Notes: generated by a model not told the origin, from the sequence alone. DNA of 64,000 nucleotides from Azoarcus sp. (GCA_020725025.1 DYFV01000017.1:10417-74416); one strand, 5' to 3'; positions 1-9,739 are shown, counted from the first letter of the stretch. Program-made: numbers and translations.

Positions 1-566
1 TTGCCGCTCGCCTTCTCGTGCAGCGCCAGCTCCTCGCGCAGGATCTCGCGCACGCGGGCGAGGTCGGGGATGGCGAGGGCCATGCGCACCGCGTGGCGGG
101 CGAGCTCGGACGATAGCGGAATGCGCGGGGCCACCAGCACGACGGTGCGCTCGGCCATGGGGTGATCCAGCACGATCTCGCGCAGCAGGCGGGCCACCAC
201 CGGATCCTCCAGGAAGGGATGGGGGTCCAGGAACACGTACAGGCCCTTGCCCGCGCGCTTGTCCACGTGCTGGAGCGCCGCCTCCAGGGTCCGGGTGTCG
301 GCGATCGGCTGTCGATGCTCGCTCGCATCCCGCCCGGCTTCCGCCGATCCGCCCACGGTGGCGAACAGCCCGGCCGGGCGCGACGACCCGTAGCGGAAGT
401 TGGTGTGCACCAGCCCGTCGGCGACGGTCCAGGCATAGAGATCCATCCCGCCCTCGCGGGCGATGCGGTCGAGCAGGCGCAGCGCCTTGCCCTCCTCGAC
501 CGTTTCGATGGCGATGAGCGGCATGCGCGATCGCAGCAGGGCGGAGAGCTCGCGGAAATCCGGCAT
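1..566 (-). CDS. AAA+ ATPase (Ycf46-like), N-terminal part; runs off the window start
   Basis: Not in the ORF track; manual translation from ATG at 566 gives MPDFRELSALLRSRMPLIAIETVEEGKALRLL...LYVFLDPHPFLEDPVVARLLREI...TVVLVAPRIPL, typical of the Ycf46-like N-terminus. Confidence 0.75.
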   Translation of the reverse strand, partial: MPDFRELSALLRSRMPLIAIETVEEGKALRLLDRIAREGGMDLYAWTVADGLVHTNFRYGSSRPAGLFATVGGSAEAGRDASEHRQPIADTRTLEAALQHVDKRAGKGLYVFLDPHPFLEDPVVARLLREIVLDHPMAERTVVLVAPRIPLSSELARHAVRMALAIPDLARVREILREELALHEKASG

Positions 567-682
567 GGCGGTCGATATGAGAATTGGATCGGCCGATTGT
601 ATCGCGCATCGTCCCCGGTACGCCGTATGCTTCCGAACGCGCACCATACGGAATCGGCCGCATGCTTCGCGGTCAATCGACA

Positions 683-1618
683 GTGATCGAAAACTCCCCG
701 GATCTCCCCATCACGGTACTCATGAACGCCGGCTCCGGCAGCGCGGATGCGGACGCGTCCCGTCGCGCCATCGAAGCGGCGCTCGCCGACATGCCCCGCG
801 ACACGGCGCTGCGCATCGCGCGGCGGCCGGGCGAGCTCGGCGCGCTGGCCCGCGAGGCGGCCGAGACGCGGCCGGGCATCCTGGCGGCAGCCGGCGGCGA
901 CGGCACGCTCAATACCGTGGTGGCCGTCGCCGTCGAGCACGGCCTGCCCTTCGGCGTGATTCCGCTCGGCACCTTCAACTACTTCGCGCGCGAGCACGGC
1001 ATCCCGCTCGATGCCGACGCCGCGACCCGGCTGATCGCAGCCGGGCGCATCCGGCGCGAAGCGCTCGGCCGGGTGAACGGCCGCCCTTTCCTCATCAACG
1101 CGAGCATCGGCCTCTACCGCCGGCTCATCGAGCAGCGCGAGGCCCACAAGCGCCGCTTCGGGCGCAACCGTTTTGTCGCCCTGCTCTCCGGACTCTCCAT
1201 GCTGCTGCGCGAGCACCGGCCCTATCGCGTGCGAATGCAGATCGACGGCCAGCCGGTGACCCTTTCCACGCTGACCGTCTTTTTCGGCCGCAGCGCCATG
1301 CAGATGGCGCAGCTGGGCCTGGACGAGGCCGAGTGCGTCTCGCGCGGCGAGCTCGGCGTGCTCGCGCTGCGGGAGGTGGGTCGCGGCGAGCTCTTCGCGC
1401 TGGCCCTGCGCGGCGCGCTGGCCCGGCTCGAGACCGCGGAGAACCTGCGGCAGTACTGCGCCCTCGAGGTGGAGATCGACTGGCTGAACAGGAAGTCGCA
1501 CAAGATCCGGGTAGCGGTCGACGGGGAACTCATCGCCTGCAGCCTGCCGCTCGTGATCGAGTCCGTCCCCGACGCCCTGATGGTCGTCGTGCCGCCGGAA
1601 GCGGCAGGAGCGACCTGA
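683..1618 (+). CDS. Diacylglycerol/lipid kinase family protein
   Basis: NAGSG, AAGGDGT, IPLGTFNYFA and VDGE motifs; probable GTG start at 683 within ORF 584..1618. Confidence 0.85.
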   Translation: MIENSPDLPITVLMNAGSGSADADASRRAIEAALADMPRDTALRIARRPGELGALAREAAETRPGILAAAGGDGTLNTVVAVAVEHGLPFGVIPLGTFNYFAREHGIPLDADAATRLIAAGRIRREALGRVNGRPFLINASIGLYRRLIEQREAHKRRFGRNRFVALLSGLSMLLREHRPYRVRMQIDGQPVTLSTLTVFFGRSAMQMAQLGLDEAECVSRGELGVLALREVGRGELFALALRGALARLETAENLRQYCALEVEIDWLNRKSHKIRVAVDGELIACSLPLVIESVPDALMVVVPPEAAGAT

Positions 1619-2448
1619 TGCGGCTGGCTCACATCTCCGACCCCCATTTCGGCAGCCACGACCCCGCCGTGTCGCAGGCGCTGCGCGAGGACCTGCTCGC
1701 CCAGGCGCCCGACCTGGTGGTGCTCACCGGCGACATCACCCAGCGGGCGCGCAGCGCGCAGTTCCGCGCCGCACGCGACTTCATCGACTCGCTCGCGCCG
1801 CTGCCGGTGCTCGCGCTCCCCGGCAACCACGACCAGCCGATCTTCGACCTGGTCACCCGCTTCGCGACCCCATACAAGCTCTACCGCCGGCACATCGGCG
1901 AGGATCTGGCGCCCAGTTGGAAGAACGGCGAGCTCGCGGTGCTCGGGGTCAATTCAACCCGCCTGCTGCGCCACAAGCACGGCACGCTGCCCGAAGCGCT
2001 CGTGTCGCAGGTCGCGCAACGGCTCACGCGCCTGCCCCAGCGCTTCAAGATCGTCGCCCTGCACCACCCCCTCGCCGTGGTCGAGGAGAGCGACCTGCGC
2101 AACCGCCCTCGCGGCGCGGACATGGCCCTCTCGGCGTGGGCCGGCGCCGGGGCGGACCTCATTCTAGGCGGCCACATCCATCTGCCCTACTGCGTGCCGG
2201 CCGGCCCCGCCTACCGCCGCACCATCGTGCTGCAGGCCGGCACCGCGGTCTCGACCCGGCTGCGCGGCGGCTACCCCAACTCCTACGGCCTGGTGCGCTT
2301 TCCGCGCGACGGCCGCCGCTGCATGGACATCGAGCAACGCGATTACGACCGGCGCACCGGCCGCTTCGCGCCCAGCCTCGCCTGGCGTGCCACCTGCGAC
2401 GACACGGGCTGGAGCCTGTCCTCCCGGCCGCCGGACGAGGCCGCGTGA
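1618..2448 (+). CDS. Calcineurin-like metallophosphoesterase (CpdA/Icc-like)
   Basis: MRLAHISDPHFG, TGD, GNHD, HHP and GHIH metal-binding motifs; TGATG overlap with upstream gene. Confidence 0.9.
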   Translation: MRLAHISDPHFGSHDPAVSQALREDLLAQAPDLVVLTGDITQRARSAQFRAARDFIDSLAPLPVLALPGNHDQPIFDLVTRFATPYKLYRRHIGEDLAPSWKNGELAVLGVNSTRLLRHKHGTLPEALVSQVAQRLTRLPQRFKIVALHHPLAVVEESDLRNRPRGADMALSAWAGAGADLILGGHIHLPYCVPAGPAYRRTIVLQAGTAVSTRLRGGYPNSYGLVRFPRDGRRCMDIEQRDYDRRTGRFAPSLAWRATCDDTGWSLSSRPPDEAA

Positions 2449-2577
2449 CATCTTCCGCTTGTAACGATATGTCGTTCGCGAGAACCTGGACGCGCGGCGC
2501 CTGTCCACCGCGGGCCGAGGCGGCGGACAGCCGGCATCCGCGCCCGGGACCGACCAAACCGACAAGGGAACACATCG

Positions 2578-3555
2578 ATGCAGCCTGAAACGACGCGTGC
2601 CATCGTCGCCATCTGCCTGATGGCCGCCTTCGCCGACCGCCACAAGGACGACCGCGAGCGCGAGCACATCCGAGGCATCATGGAATCGCTCTCCGCCGAG
2701 GGCGGGGTGGAGCTGATGAAGATCTACCAGGAGGTGCTGCTCGGGCGCGTCCGCCTCGAAGACGCGGCGGCGAAGCTCGACACGCCGGAGCTGCGCCAGC
2801 TCGCCTTCGAGATGGCGGTGGGCGTGTGCGATGCCGACGGGGTGCACAACGCCGAGGAAGCCGCCTTCCTCGACCGCCTGCGCGGCGTGCTGGGCCTGCC
2901 GCTCGCGACCGCCGAGCGCTACACGGCGCAGGCCGACGAGATCGCCTCCATGCCCCTCGACGCGCCGCCGGGGCGCAGCGAGCCGGCCACCGCCGCCCCC
3001 GCGGCCACATCGCCGGCGAACGGCGCGCGTCAGGCGAACCTGAGCGAGGCCGAGCTCGACTCGATGATCATGAACGCCGCCATCCTCAACGGCGCCCTCG
3101 AGCTGCTGCCGCAGTCGCTCGCCTCGATGGCGATCATCCCGCTGCAGACCCGGCTGGTGTACCGGGTCGGCAAGGCCTACGGCTACGAGCTCGACCGCGG
3201 CCACATCACCGATTTTCTCGCCACGGTCGGCGTCGGCCTCACCTCCCAGTACGTGGAGCAGTTCGGCCGCAAGCTGGTGGGCGGGCTGCTGGGCAAGATG
3301 CTGGGCAAGACCGGCAAGACGGTCGCCGGCGCCGCCACGGGCTCGGCCTTCTCCTTCGCCACCACTTACGCCCTGGGCCAGGTGGCGCGGCGCTACTATG
3401 CGGGCGGGCGCTCCCTGTCGGGCGAGTCGCTCAAGGCGTCGTTCAACAACCTGGTGGGCGAGGCGCGCGGCCTGCAGCAGCGCTACGCGCCGCAGATCGA
3501 GGCGCGGGCCAAGACGCTGGATGTGGGCAAGCTGATGAGCGAATTGCGCGCGTGA
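2578..3555 (+). CDS. TerB-like domain fused to DUF697/YcjF-like domain
   Basis: AAFAD...ERE and VCDADG...EEAAFL TerB-type repeats; C-terminal Gly-rich helical IIPLQ...ATTYALG segment. Confidence 0.7.
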   Translation: MQPETTRAIVAICLMAAFADRHKDDREREHIRGIMESLSAEGGVELMKIYQEVLLGRVRLEDAAAKLDTPELRQLAFEMAVGVCDADGVHNAEEAAFLDRLRGVLGLPLATAERYTAQADEIASMPLDAPPGRSEPATAAPAATSPANGARQANLSEAELDSMIMNAAILNGALELLPQSLASMAIIPLQTRLVYRVGKAYGYELDRGHITDFLATVGVGLTSQYVEQFGRKLVGGLLGKMLGKTGKTVAGAATGSAFSFATTYALGQVARRYYAGGRSLSGESLKASFNNLVGEARGLQQRYAPQIEARAKTLDVGKLMSELRA

Positions 3556-3562
3556 GGGCGAG

Positions 3563-3599
3563 CCGGGACCGGCGGCGCTCGCCGCACCGCCGGTCCCGG
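3563..3599. terminator. GC-rich hairpin between convergent genes
   Basis: CCGGGACCGGCGG (3563-3575) and CCGCCGGTCCCGG (3587-3599) form a perfect 13-bp inverted repeat; no clear U tract. Confidence 0.5.
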
Positions 3600-3622
3600 A
3601 TTCCGCTCGCGCACCATCCGTT

Positions 3623-5545
3623 CTACCCGGTGCCGAGCGCCCACCCCGACCGCGCGAGCCAGCCCCCGAACTCTCCCACCGGCATCGGCTCGCTGATCCC
3701 GTAGCCCTGCACCACGTCGCAGCCCTCCTCGGCCAGCCGGTCCTGGATCCGGGCGTTCTCCACGCCCTCGGCCACCACCTCCAGGTCAAGGTGGTGAGCG
3801 AGATCGATGGTGGAGCGGACGATCACGTCGGAATCGGCGTCCTGGAGCATGTCGGTGACGAAGGACTTGTCGATCTTGATGGCATCCACCGGCAGCCGCC
3901 GCAGGTAGGCGAGCGACGAGTAGCCGGTGCCGAAGTCGTCGATGTAGAGGCGGCAGCCCATGTTCCTGAGCCCGGCGAGCCGCTCGAGGCTCACCCGTGG
4001 GTCGTCCATCAGGGTGCTCTCGGTGAGCTCGAACTCCACCCAGCCGCGACCGGCGCCCCAGGTGGCGAACATGCCGTCGATGCGCTCGAGGAGGCGGTCG
4101 TCCTGCAGGTCGCTGCCCGAGAGGTTCACCGCCAGCGGCACCGAAAGCCCCGCCTCGTGCCACACGTAGCTCTGGCGCAGCGCCGCCTGCACCACCCAGT
4201 CGGTGAGCGGGCTGATGAGGCCGCTGCGCTCGGCGAGCGCGATGAAGCGGTCGGGATCGACGATGCCCATCTCCGCATGCTTCCAGCGCACCAGCGCCTC
4301 GGCGCCGCAGATGTGGCCGCTGGCCAGATGGACCTTGGGCTGGCAGTAGAGCAGCAGCTCGTCGCGCTCGATCGCCCGGTGGAGATCGCCGATGAGCGCC
4401 AGCCGGCGGGTGCACTCCTCGTCCAGCCCGCCGCTGTAGAGCGTGAGCCCGCCCGTCGTGAGCCGCGCCTGCTGAAGCGCGAGGATCGCCCGCCGCATGA
4501 GCACCTCGGCCTCGCCGCCGTGACCGGGAAAGAGCGCGATGCCGACGCTGGCGCGCTGGTCGGCCGCGAATCCGGCCAGGGACACCGGCCGGCGCACCGC
4601 CGCCAGCATCTGCCGCGCGGTGTCGGTGGCCGACGCCGCGTTGGCGGCGGGCAGCAGCACCGCGAACTCGGCCTCGCCGACCCGTGCGATGCGCTCGGAC
4701 TCGCCGACCAGGGCGACGAGCCGCCCGGCGACCTCCCGCAGCAGGGCGTCGCCCTGGCGGTAGCCCAGGGTCTCGTTGAGCTCCCTGAAGCGATCCAGAC
4801 CGAGCACGAGCAGCGCGAACGAGTGATGCTCCCGGCGCGCCGCCTCGATCGCCTCTTCCAGGTGAGCGTCGATGCGCACCCGGTTGGGAAGCCCGGTGAG
4901 CGGGTCGTACCATGCGAGCCGCCGGATGGTCTCCTCCGCCTTGCGATGCTCGGTCCGGATGCGCAGGTGCTCGATGCCGAAGGAGAGATCGTCGGCCGCC
5001 TCGGTGAGGAGCTCCAGCTCCCGCGCATCGAAGGCGTCGGTCTCGGGCGCGTAGATCACCAGCGCACCCAGCACGGCGCCGCGGACCGAGAGCGGCAGCG
5101 CGATCACCGAGGCGTAGCCGCGACGGCGCGCCGCCTCCTTGGCCCACTCGGGATAGCTCGGATCGGTCTGCAGGTTCTGGGCGACACGCACCTCCCCGCT
5201 GCGGATCGCGGCCGCCAGCCCGTGCTCGCCCCGCTCGCCCTCGGCCCAGGTCAGCTTCGCCCTGGCGAGCTTCTCCGGCTCGAGGAAGCCGGCATCGAAC
5301 CCCCAGTGCGCCATCGCGCGGATACTCTTGCGCGCGTCGTGCTCGGCATAGGCCACCCACGCCAGGCGATAGCCGCCCTTCTCCACGATGGCGCGGCAGA
5401 TATCGTGGAGCAGCGCGGTCTCGTCGGTGGCGCGGATCAGGGCGCGGTTGACCGCGCTGAGCGTGGTCAACGCCCGGACGGCCCGCGCCGCTTCCCCGCA
5501 CGGGTGGTCGCCGCTCGGCGCGGTTTCCTTTTTGGGCTCTGTCAT
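3623..5545 (-). CDS. GAF-GGDEF(degenerate)-EAL protein, probable c-di-GMP phosphodiesterase
   Basis: GAF N-terminus, YDPLTGLPNR, A-site reads GEAEF, intact GAEAL and DDFGTGYSSL; start taken at MTEPKK. Confidence 0.9.
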   Translation of the reverse strand: MTEPKKETAPSGDHPCGEAARAVRALTTLSAVNRALIRATDETALLHDICRAIVEKGGYRLAWVAYAEHDARKSIRAMAHWGFDAGFLEPEKLARAKLTWAEGERGEHGLAAAIRSGEVRVAQNLQTDPSYPEWAKEAARRRGYASVIALPLSVRGAVLGALVIYAPETDAFDARELELLTEAADDLSFGIEHLRIRTEHRKAEETIRRLAWYDPLTGLPNRVRIDAHLEEAIEAARREHHSFALLVLGLDRFRELNETLGYRQGDALLREVAGRLVALVGESERIARVGEAEFAVLLPAANAASATDTARQMLAAVRRPVSLAGFAADQRASVGIALFPGHGGEAEVLMRRAILALQQARLTTGGLTLYSGGLDEECTRRLALIGDLHRAIERDELLLYCQPKVHLASGHICGAEALVRWKHAEMGIVDPDRFIALAERSGLISPLTDWVVQAALRQSYVWHEAGLSVPLAVNLSGSDLQDDRLLERIDGMFATWGAGRGWVEFELTESTLMDDPRVSLERLAGLRNMGCRLYIDDFGTGYSSLAYLRRLPVDAIKIDKSFVTDMLQDADSDVIVRSTIDLAHHLDLEVVAEGVENARIQDRLAEEGCDVVQGYGISEPMPVGEFGGWLARSGWALGTG

Positions 5546-5675
5546 GTGGGCAGCCGAATCCCGGGTGGATCCACCCCGGTCCGGCCGCCGCTGGCGGCCT
5601 TGCCGGGACCGCGGGAGCACCGTGCTCCCGCAAATCCAGTATAGCCCCCGCCCTCGGCCTGCCCCCCGCCGATCG

Positions 5676-5933
5676 TCAGCCGCCGCTCAAGGCCTGCACG
5701 ATGGCCACGTCGTCGGTCTCCGCGAGCGGTTGGGCGAGGTCGCGCACCGCCTGGCCGTTCACGAAGAAGCGCACGTGCGGGCGCATGCGCTCCTGCTCGT
5801 CGATCATGCGGAAGCGGATGCCGGGATAGCGCCGCTCGAGATCCGCGAGCAGTTCGCCGAGCGTGGCGCCCTGGGCCGCCACCAGACGCTCCCCGGTATA
5901 GGAGCGCAGCGGCGTCGGTATCAGCACCTTCAT
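5676..5933 (-). CDS. MoaD/ThiS family ubiquitin-like sulfur-carrier protein (85 aa)
   Basis: MKVLIPTPLRSYT...FFVNG...VQALSGG with C-terminal Gly-Gly; is the tail of spurious ORF 5676..9065; ATGA overlap with upstream gene. Confidence 0.9.
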   Translation of the reverse strand: MKVLIPTPLRSYTGERLVAAQGATLGELLADLERRYPGIRFRMIDEQERMRPHVRFFVNGQAVRDLAQPLAETDDVAIVQALSGG

Positions 5934-7111
5934 CGCCCGCGCGCCTCCTCGGACGGTGTCGCCACCTCCACCGCGTAGATCTCCGGCAGGTGCCGGGCGA
6001 TGCAGGTCCACGATCCGCCCTCGTCGCCGCTCATCCACAGCTCGCCGCTGGTGGTGCCGAAGTAGAGCCCCACCGGGTCCAGCGCATCGGCCGTCATCGC
6101 CTGGCGTTTCACCGTCCACCACGCCTGCTCCCGCGGCAGGCCGGCGTCCAGCCGCTGCCAGGTCTCGCCGCCGTCGCGGGTGCCGTAGGCCGCGGGCCGG
6201 CCGTCGGGGCTGGTGCGCGGCCACACAGTCTGACCGTCCATCGGGAAGACCCAGGCGCGATCCGGGTCGCGCGGATGCACCACCATCGGGAAGCCGATGT
6301 CGCCCACCTCGGCCGGCATGGCGCGGCCGATGCGCACCCAGGTATCGCCCGGCCGGTCGAGCCGGTAGATGCCGCAGTGGTTCTGCTGGTAGAGGCGGTC
6401 CGGATCGGCCGGCGAGAGCCGCACGCAGTGCGGGTCGTGGAAGGTGGGGTCGGACACGTCGAAGCCTTCCACCACCTCGAGGCCTTTCAGGAGCGGCACG
6501 AAGGTCCTGCCGCCGTCCACCGATTCGTGCACCCCGCCGCCCGACATGGCGAAATAGAGATGCGCCGGGTCGCGCGGGTCGACGATGATCGAGTGCAGCT
6601 TCGGCCCGTCCGGCGTGCCGTCCTGCACCGTGCCCATCCAGCGCAGGTAGTGCGGGTCGTCGTTGATCGAGGAGAACGGCGCCCAGGTCGCGCCGCCGTC
6701 CTCCGAGCGGAAGAGCCCCTGGGGCGAGGTACCGGCGTACCAGCTGCCGGGCTCGTCCGGGTGGCCGGGCGTGAGCCAGAAGGTGTGGTCCACCGCCCGC
6801 CCGCTGCCGTCGGCACGCTTCGCGAAGGCCGGCGGTCGCGCCGCCTCCTGCCAGCTCGCGCCCAAATCGGTCGAACGGAACACGGTCGGCCCCAGGTGGC
6901 CGGTCCTGGCGGCGGCGAGCAGGGTGCGGCCGTCGCGCGGATCGAGCACGAGGTGGCTCACGATGTGCCCGAGGAAATGCGGCCCGTCCATGCGCCAGCG
7001 CTGGCGCCCTGCGTCGCCGTGCACCAGCCACGCCCCCTTGCGCGTAGCGACGAGAACCACCGGGGATTGCGCACCGGATGCCCGTCCGGTCCCTTTGGAA
7101 ATGCCTGCCAT
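5930..7111 (-). CDS. BNR/Asp-box beta-propeller protein (glycosyl hydrolase/sialidase-like fold)
   Basis: Repeated S-x-D-x-G-x-T/S-W boxes (STDLGASW, SEDGGATW, SVDGGRTF, TRDGGETW, SGDEGGSW); no signal peptide. Confidence 0.85.
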   Translation of the reverse strand: MAGISKGTGRASGAQSPVVLVATRKGAWLVHGDAGRQRWRMDGPHFLGHIVSHLVLDPRDGRTLLAAARTGHLGPTVFRSTDLGASWQEAARPPAFAKRADGSGRAVDHTFWLTPGHPDEPGSWYAGTSPQGLFRSEDGGATWAPFSSINDDPHYLRWMGTVQDGTPDGPKLHSIIVDPRDPAHLYFAMSGGGVHESVDGGRTFVPLLKGLEVVEGFDVSDPTFHDPHCVRLSPADPDRLYQQNHCGIYRLDRPGDTWVRIGRAMPAEVGDIGFPMVVHPRDPDRAWVFPMDGQTVWPRTSPDGRPAAYGTRDGGETWQRLDAGLPREQAWWTVKRQAMTADALDPVGLYFGTTSGELWMSGDEGGSWTCIARHLPEIYAVEVATPSEEARGR

Positions 7112-7264
7112 GTATCGTCCCTCCTCGGCATGCGCCCGCGGCGGCGGGGCGCGGATGGTTCCCGGCTGCCTTCAGGATAGCCGGGGTGGCACGGAGGTCC
7201 ACGCCCTCTTGTCGGACGGGGTCGGGCGGAATCGACAGCGGGTCGTCCGAAAGGAGGAACGTGC

Positions 7265-9364
7265 CTACATGGGCTGGAGGGCGTCGCGGGAGAAGCTGTA
7301 GCCGTTGCGGCCCCGCGTCTTGGCGTCGTACATCGCCCGGTCGGCCGCCTCGATGAGGCCCTCGAGGTCGTCGCCGTCGTCCGGGTGAAGGGCGATGCCG
7401 ATACTGGCCGACACGTGGACGGTCTCCGGCCCCAGTTCGAAGGGCATGGCCAGGGCCGCGACGAGTTCCCCGGCGACCCTGACCACCCCCTCGGGCAGCT
7501 GCAGTCCGGCGAGGATCACGGTGAACTCGTCTCCACCCAGGCGCGCCACGGTGTCGGAGTCGCGCACGCAGGCCGAGATGCGCCGGCCGGCCTCGACGAG
7601 CAGCCGGTCGCCCGCGATGTGGCCGAGGCTGTCGTTCACCGCCTTGAAGCGGTCGAGGTCGATGAAGAGCAGCGCGAGCGGAAGGCGGTCGCGCGCACTC
7701 CTCTTCATCGCCTGCTGCAGCCGGTCGCGGAACAGGCTGCGGTTGGGCAGGCCCGTGAGGGCGTCGTAGTACGCGAGCCGCTCGAGCCGCCGCTCGTTCT
7801 CCTTCTTGTGGGTGATGTCGGTGAACACGCCCACGTAGTGGGTGAGCTTGCTTTCTGCGTCGCGCACGGCGCTCACCGTCATGTCGACCACGCTCACCGC
7901 GCCGGCCCGGGTGCGGTTCCACAGCTCGCCCTGCCAATAGTCCTGTTGCGCCACGGTCTCGAACAGGCGCTGGAAGAAGGCCTCGTCCTGGTGGCCGGAA
8001 TTGAGGAAGCAGGGGCTGCGGCCGATCGCCTCTTCCCGCGGGTAGCCGGTGAGCTCGCAGAAGGCCCGGTTCACATCCAGGATGACGCCGGCCGCATCGG
8101 TGATGAGCACGGCGTCGTGGCTGCTGCGGAAGACGCTGGACGCAAGCCGGAGCTGCTCCTCCGCGCGGCGGCGCTCGGTGATGTCCTCCTTCACCGCGAG
8201 ATAGTGGCTGACCGCGCCCGACGGCTCGGTGATGGGCAGGATCCGCGCGAGCTCCCAGAAGAGCTCTCCGTTCTTGCGCCGGTTGCACAGCTCGCCGGTC
8301 CATCCGCCACCCTCGCCCAGGGCGGACCACAGCGCCTCGTAGGTTCCCGGCGGCGTGAGCCCGGACCGGAGCAGGCGCGGGTTCTCGCCCCGGACCTCCT
8401 CGAGGGCGTAGCCGGTGATCTCGGTGAACTTGGGATTCACGTACTCGATGCGGGCGTCGGTGTCGGTGATGATGATGGACACCGGGCACTGCTCCACCGC
8501 CTGCTGGAACCGGCGCAGCTCGGCCTCGCTCTCGCGCAGGCGCTGACGGGTGCGACGATTCTCCTGGAGCGCGAGGCCCAGGTACTCGGCTTCGAGCTGG
8601 CGCACCACGTCGTGCTCGGAGAGCACCCCGGCCACCCGCCCGTCGTCTTCCACCACCACCAGATGGCGAATGCGCTGCGCCTGCATGCGCTCGACCGCGT
8701 CGGGCAGGCGCATGCTCACCGCGATGGTGGCGACCGGGCTGCTCATCACTTCGGCAAGCGGCTGCTCGAGCGTACCGCCACCGCTGCGGTAGAAACGGAC
8801 CCCGTCGCGCTCGGTGACGATGCCCACCGGCACACCGTCGTTCACGACGACGACGCAGTTCGCGCCGCGGGCGGCCATCGCGGCCACCGCCTCGCGCAGG
8901 GCCGCCTCGCGCGGCAGCATGGGCGCGGTGCCGCTCATCACGGCGCGCACGTCCTGCAGGCGACGGTAGAAGTTGACCCCGAGCTGGAACCGGAAATCGC
9001 TCTCGCTGACGATGCCCGCGGGCCGGCCGGCGTCGTCGGTCACCAGGAGATGCCGAACGCCGCACTCCGCCATCAGGTGATAGGCCTCGGAGACCGACAG
9101 CGTCTGTCGCGCGGCGATCAGCGGCCGGCTCATCACCGCCGACACCGGCTCGTCCGGCGCGATCGCCGCTTCGAGCGCCCGCAGGATGTCACGCTCGGTG
9201 ACGATGCCCGCCGGCTCGCCCTCCGCTTCCACCAGCACGGAGCTGATGTGCGCCGTCTCCATCACCTCGGCCGCACGCGCCAGCGTGGCCTTCTCGTCGA
9301 CCGAGACGATGTTCCAGGTCATCAACTGGGCGAGCGAACGTCTCGGCATGGAACGGGGCACCAA
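7265..9364 (-). CDS. Diguanylate cyclase with 4 CBS and 2 PAS domains
   Basis: Two CBS pairs (GIVTERD x2), two PAS/PAC, YDALTGLPNR, intact RLGGDEF; exact start uncertain. Confidence 0.9.
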   Translation of the reverse strand: MVPRSMPRRSLAQLMTWNIVSVDEKATLARAAEVMETAHISSVLVEAEGEPAGIVTERDILRALEAAIAPDEPVSAVMSRPLIAARQTLSVSEAYHLMAECGVRHLLVTDDAGRPAGIVSESDFRFQLGVNFYRRLQDVRAVMSGTAPMLPREAALREAVAAMAARGANCVVVVNDGVPVGIVTERDGVRFYRSGGGTLEQPLAEVMSSPVATIAVSMRLPDAVERMQAQRIRHLVVVEDDGRVAGVLSEHDVVRQLEAEYLGLALQENRRTRQRLRESEAELRRFQQAVEQCPVSIIITDTDARIEYVNPKFTEITGYALEEVRGENPRLLRSGLTPPGTYEALWSALGEGGGWTGELCNRRKNGELFWELARILPITEPSGAVSHYLAVKEDITERRRAEEQLRLASSVFRSSHDAVLITDAAGVILDVNRAFCELTGYPREEAIGRSPCFLNSGHQDEAFFQRLFETVAQQDYWQGELWNRTRAGAVSVVDMTVSAVRDAESKLTHYVGVFTDITHKKENERRLERLAYYDALTGLPNRSLFRDRLQQAMKRSARDRLPLALLFIDLDRFKAVNDSLGHIAGDRLLVEAGRRISACVRDSDTVARLGGDEFTVILAGLQLPEGVVRVAGELVAALAMPFELGPETVHVSASIGIALHPDDGDDLEGLIEAADRAMYDAKTRGRNGYSFSRDALQPM

Positions 9365-9484
9365 GGGATTGAAAAACCCCGGATTCTAATGCTCGAGCCG
9401 ACCCGCCACCAAGCCGAAAGTCATAGCGTGGCGGGATGATTCCCCGTTCCGGGGAGGCCGGGCGCGGCGCCGGCGCGCCCGGAA

Positions 9485-9739
9485 TCAGGCGGCCCGGCGG
9501 CGGTCCGGGAAATCTATGACGACCATCCGCGTGCGACGCTCGACGAAGCGGTGCACGTTTCCGTCGGCGTTCATGCGCACGCTCCGCTCCTCGACCTCCG
9601 TCCAGGCCGTGTGAAAGGCCTCCACAGCGGCAAGTTGCCGATCCCACGAGACACCCCAGGTCTCGGGCAGATCGAGCGGCGGAACGCACTCGCACTCCAG
9701 ATTCACGGCGGTCGCGTCATGCATCGTTCCGGCGTTCAT
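9485..9739 (-). CDS. Small hypothetical protein (84 aa)
   Basis: Strong RBS GGGAGGAG upstream of ATG; C-terminal VERR...FPDRRRAA. Confidence 0.6.
   Translation of the reverse strand: MNAGTMHDATAVNLECECVPPLDLPETWGVSWDRQLAAVEAFHTAWTEVEERSVRMNADGNVHRFVERRTRMVVIDFPDRRRAA

Noticed and set aside
463-2448. 661-aa ORF, and similar long ORFs 5676..9065, 18412..19917, 26290..29571, 34299..37106
   Set aside because: Arg/Pro-rich N-terminal parts are off-frame read-through of neighbouring genes in GC-rich DNA; only the C-terminal parts are real
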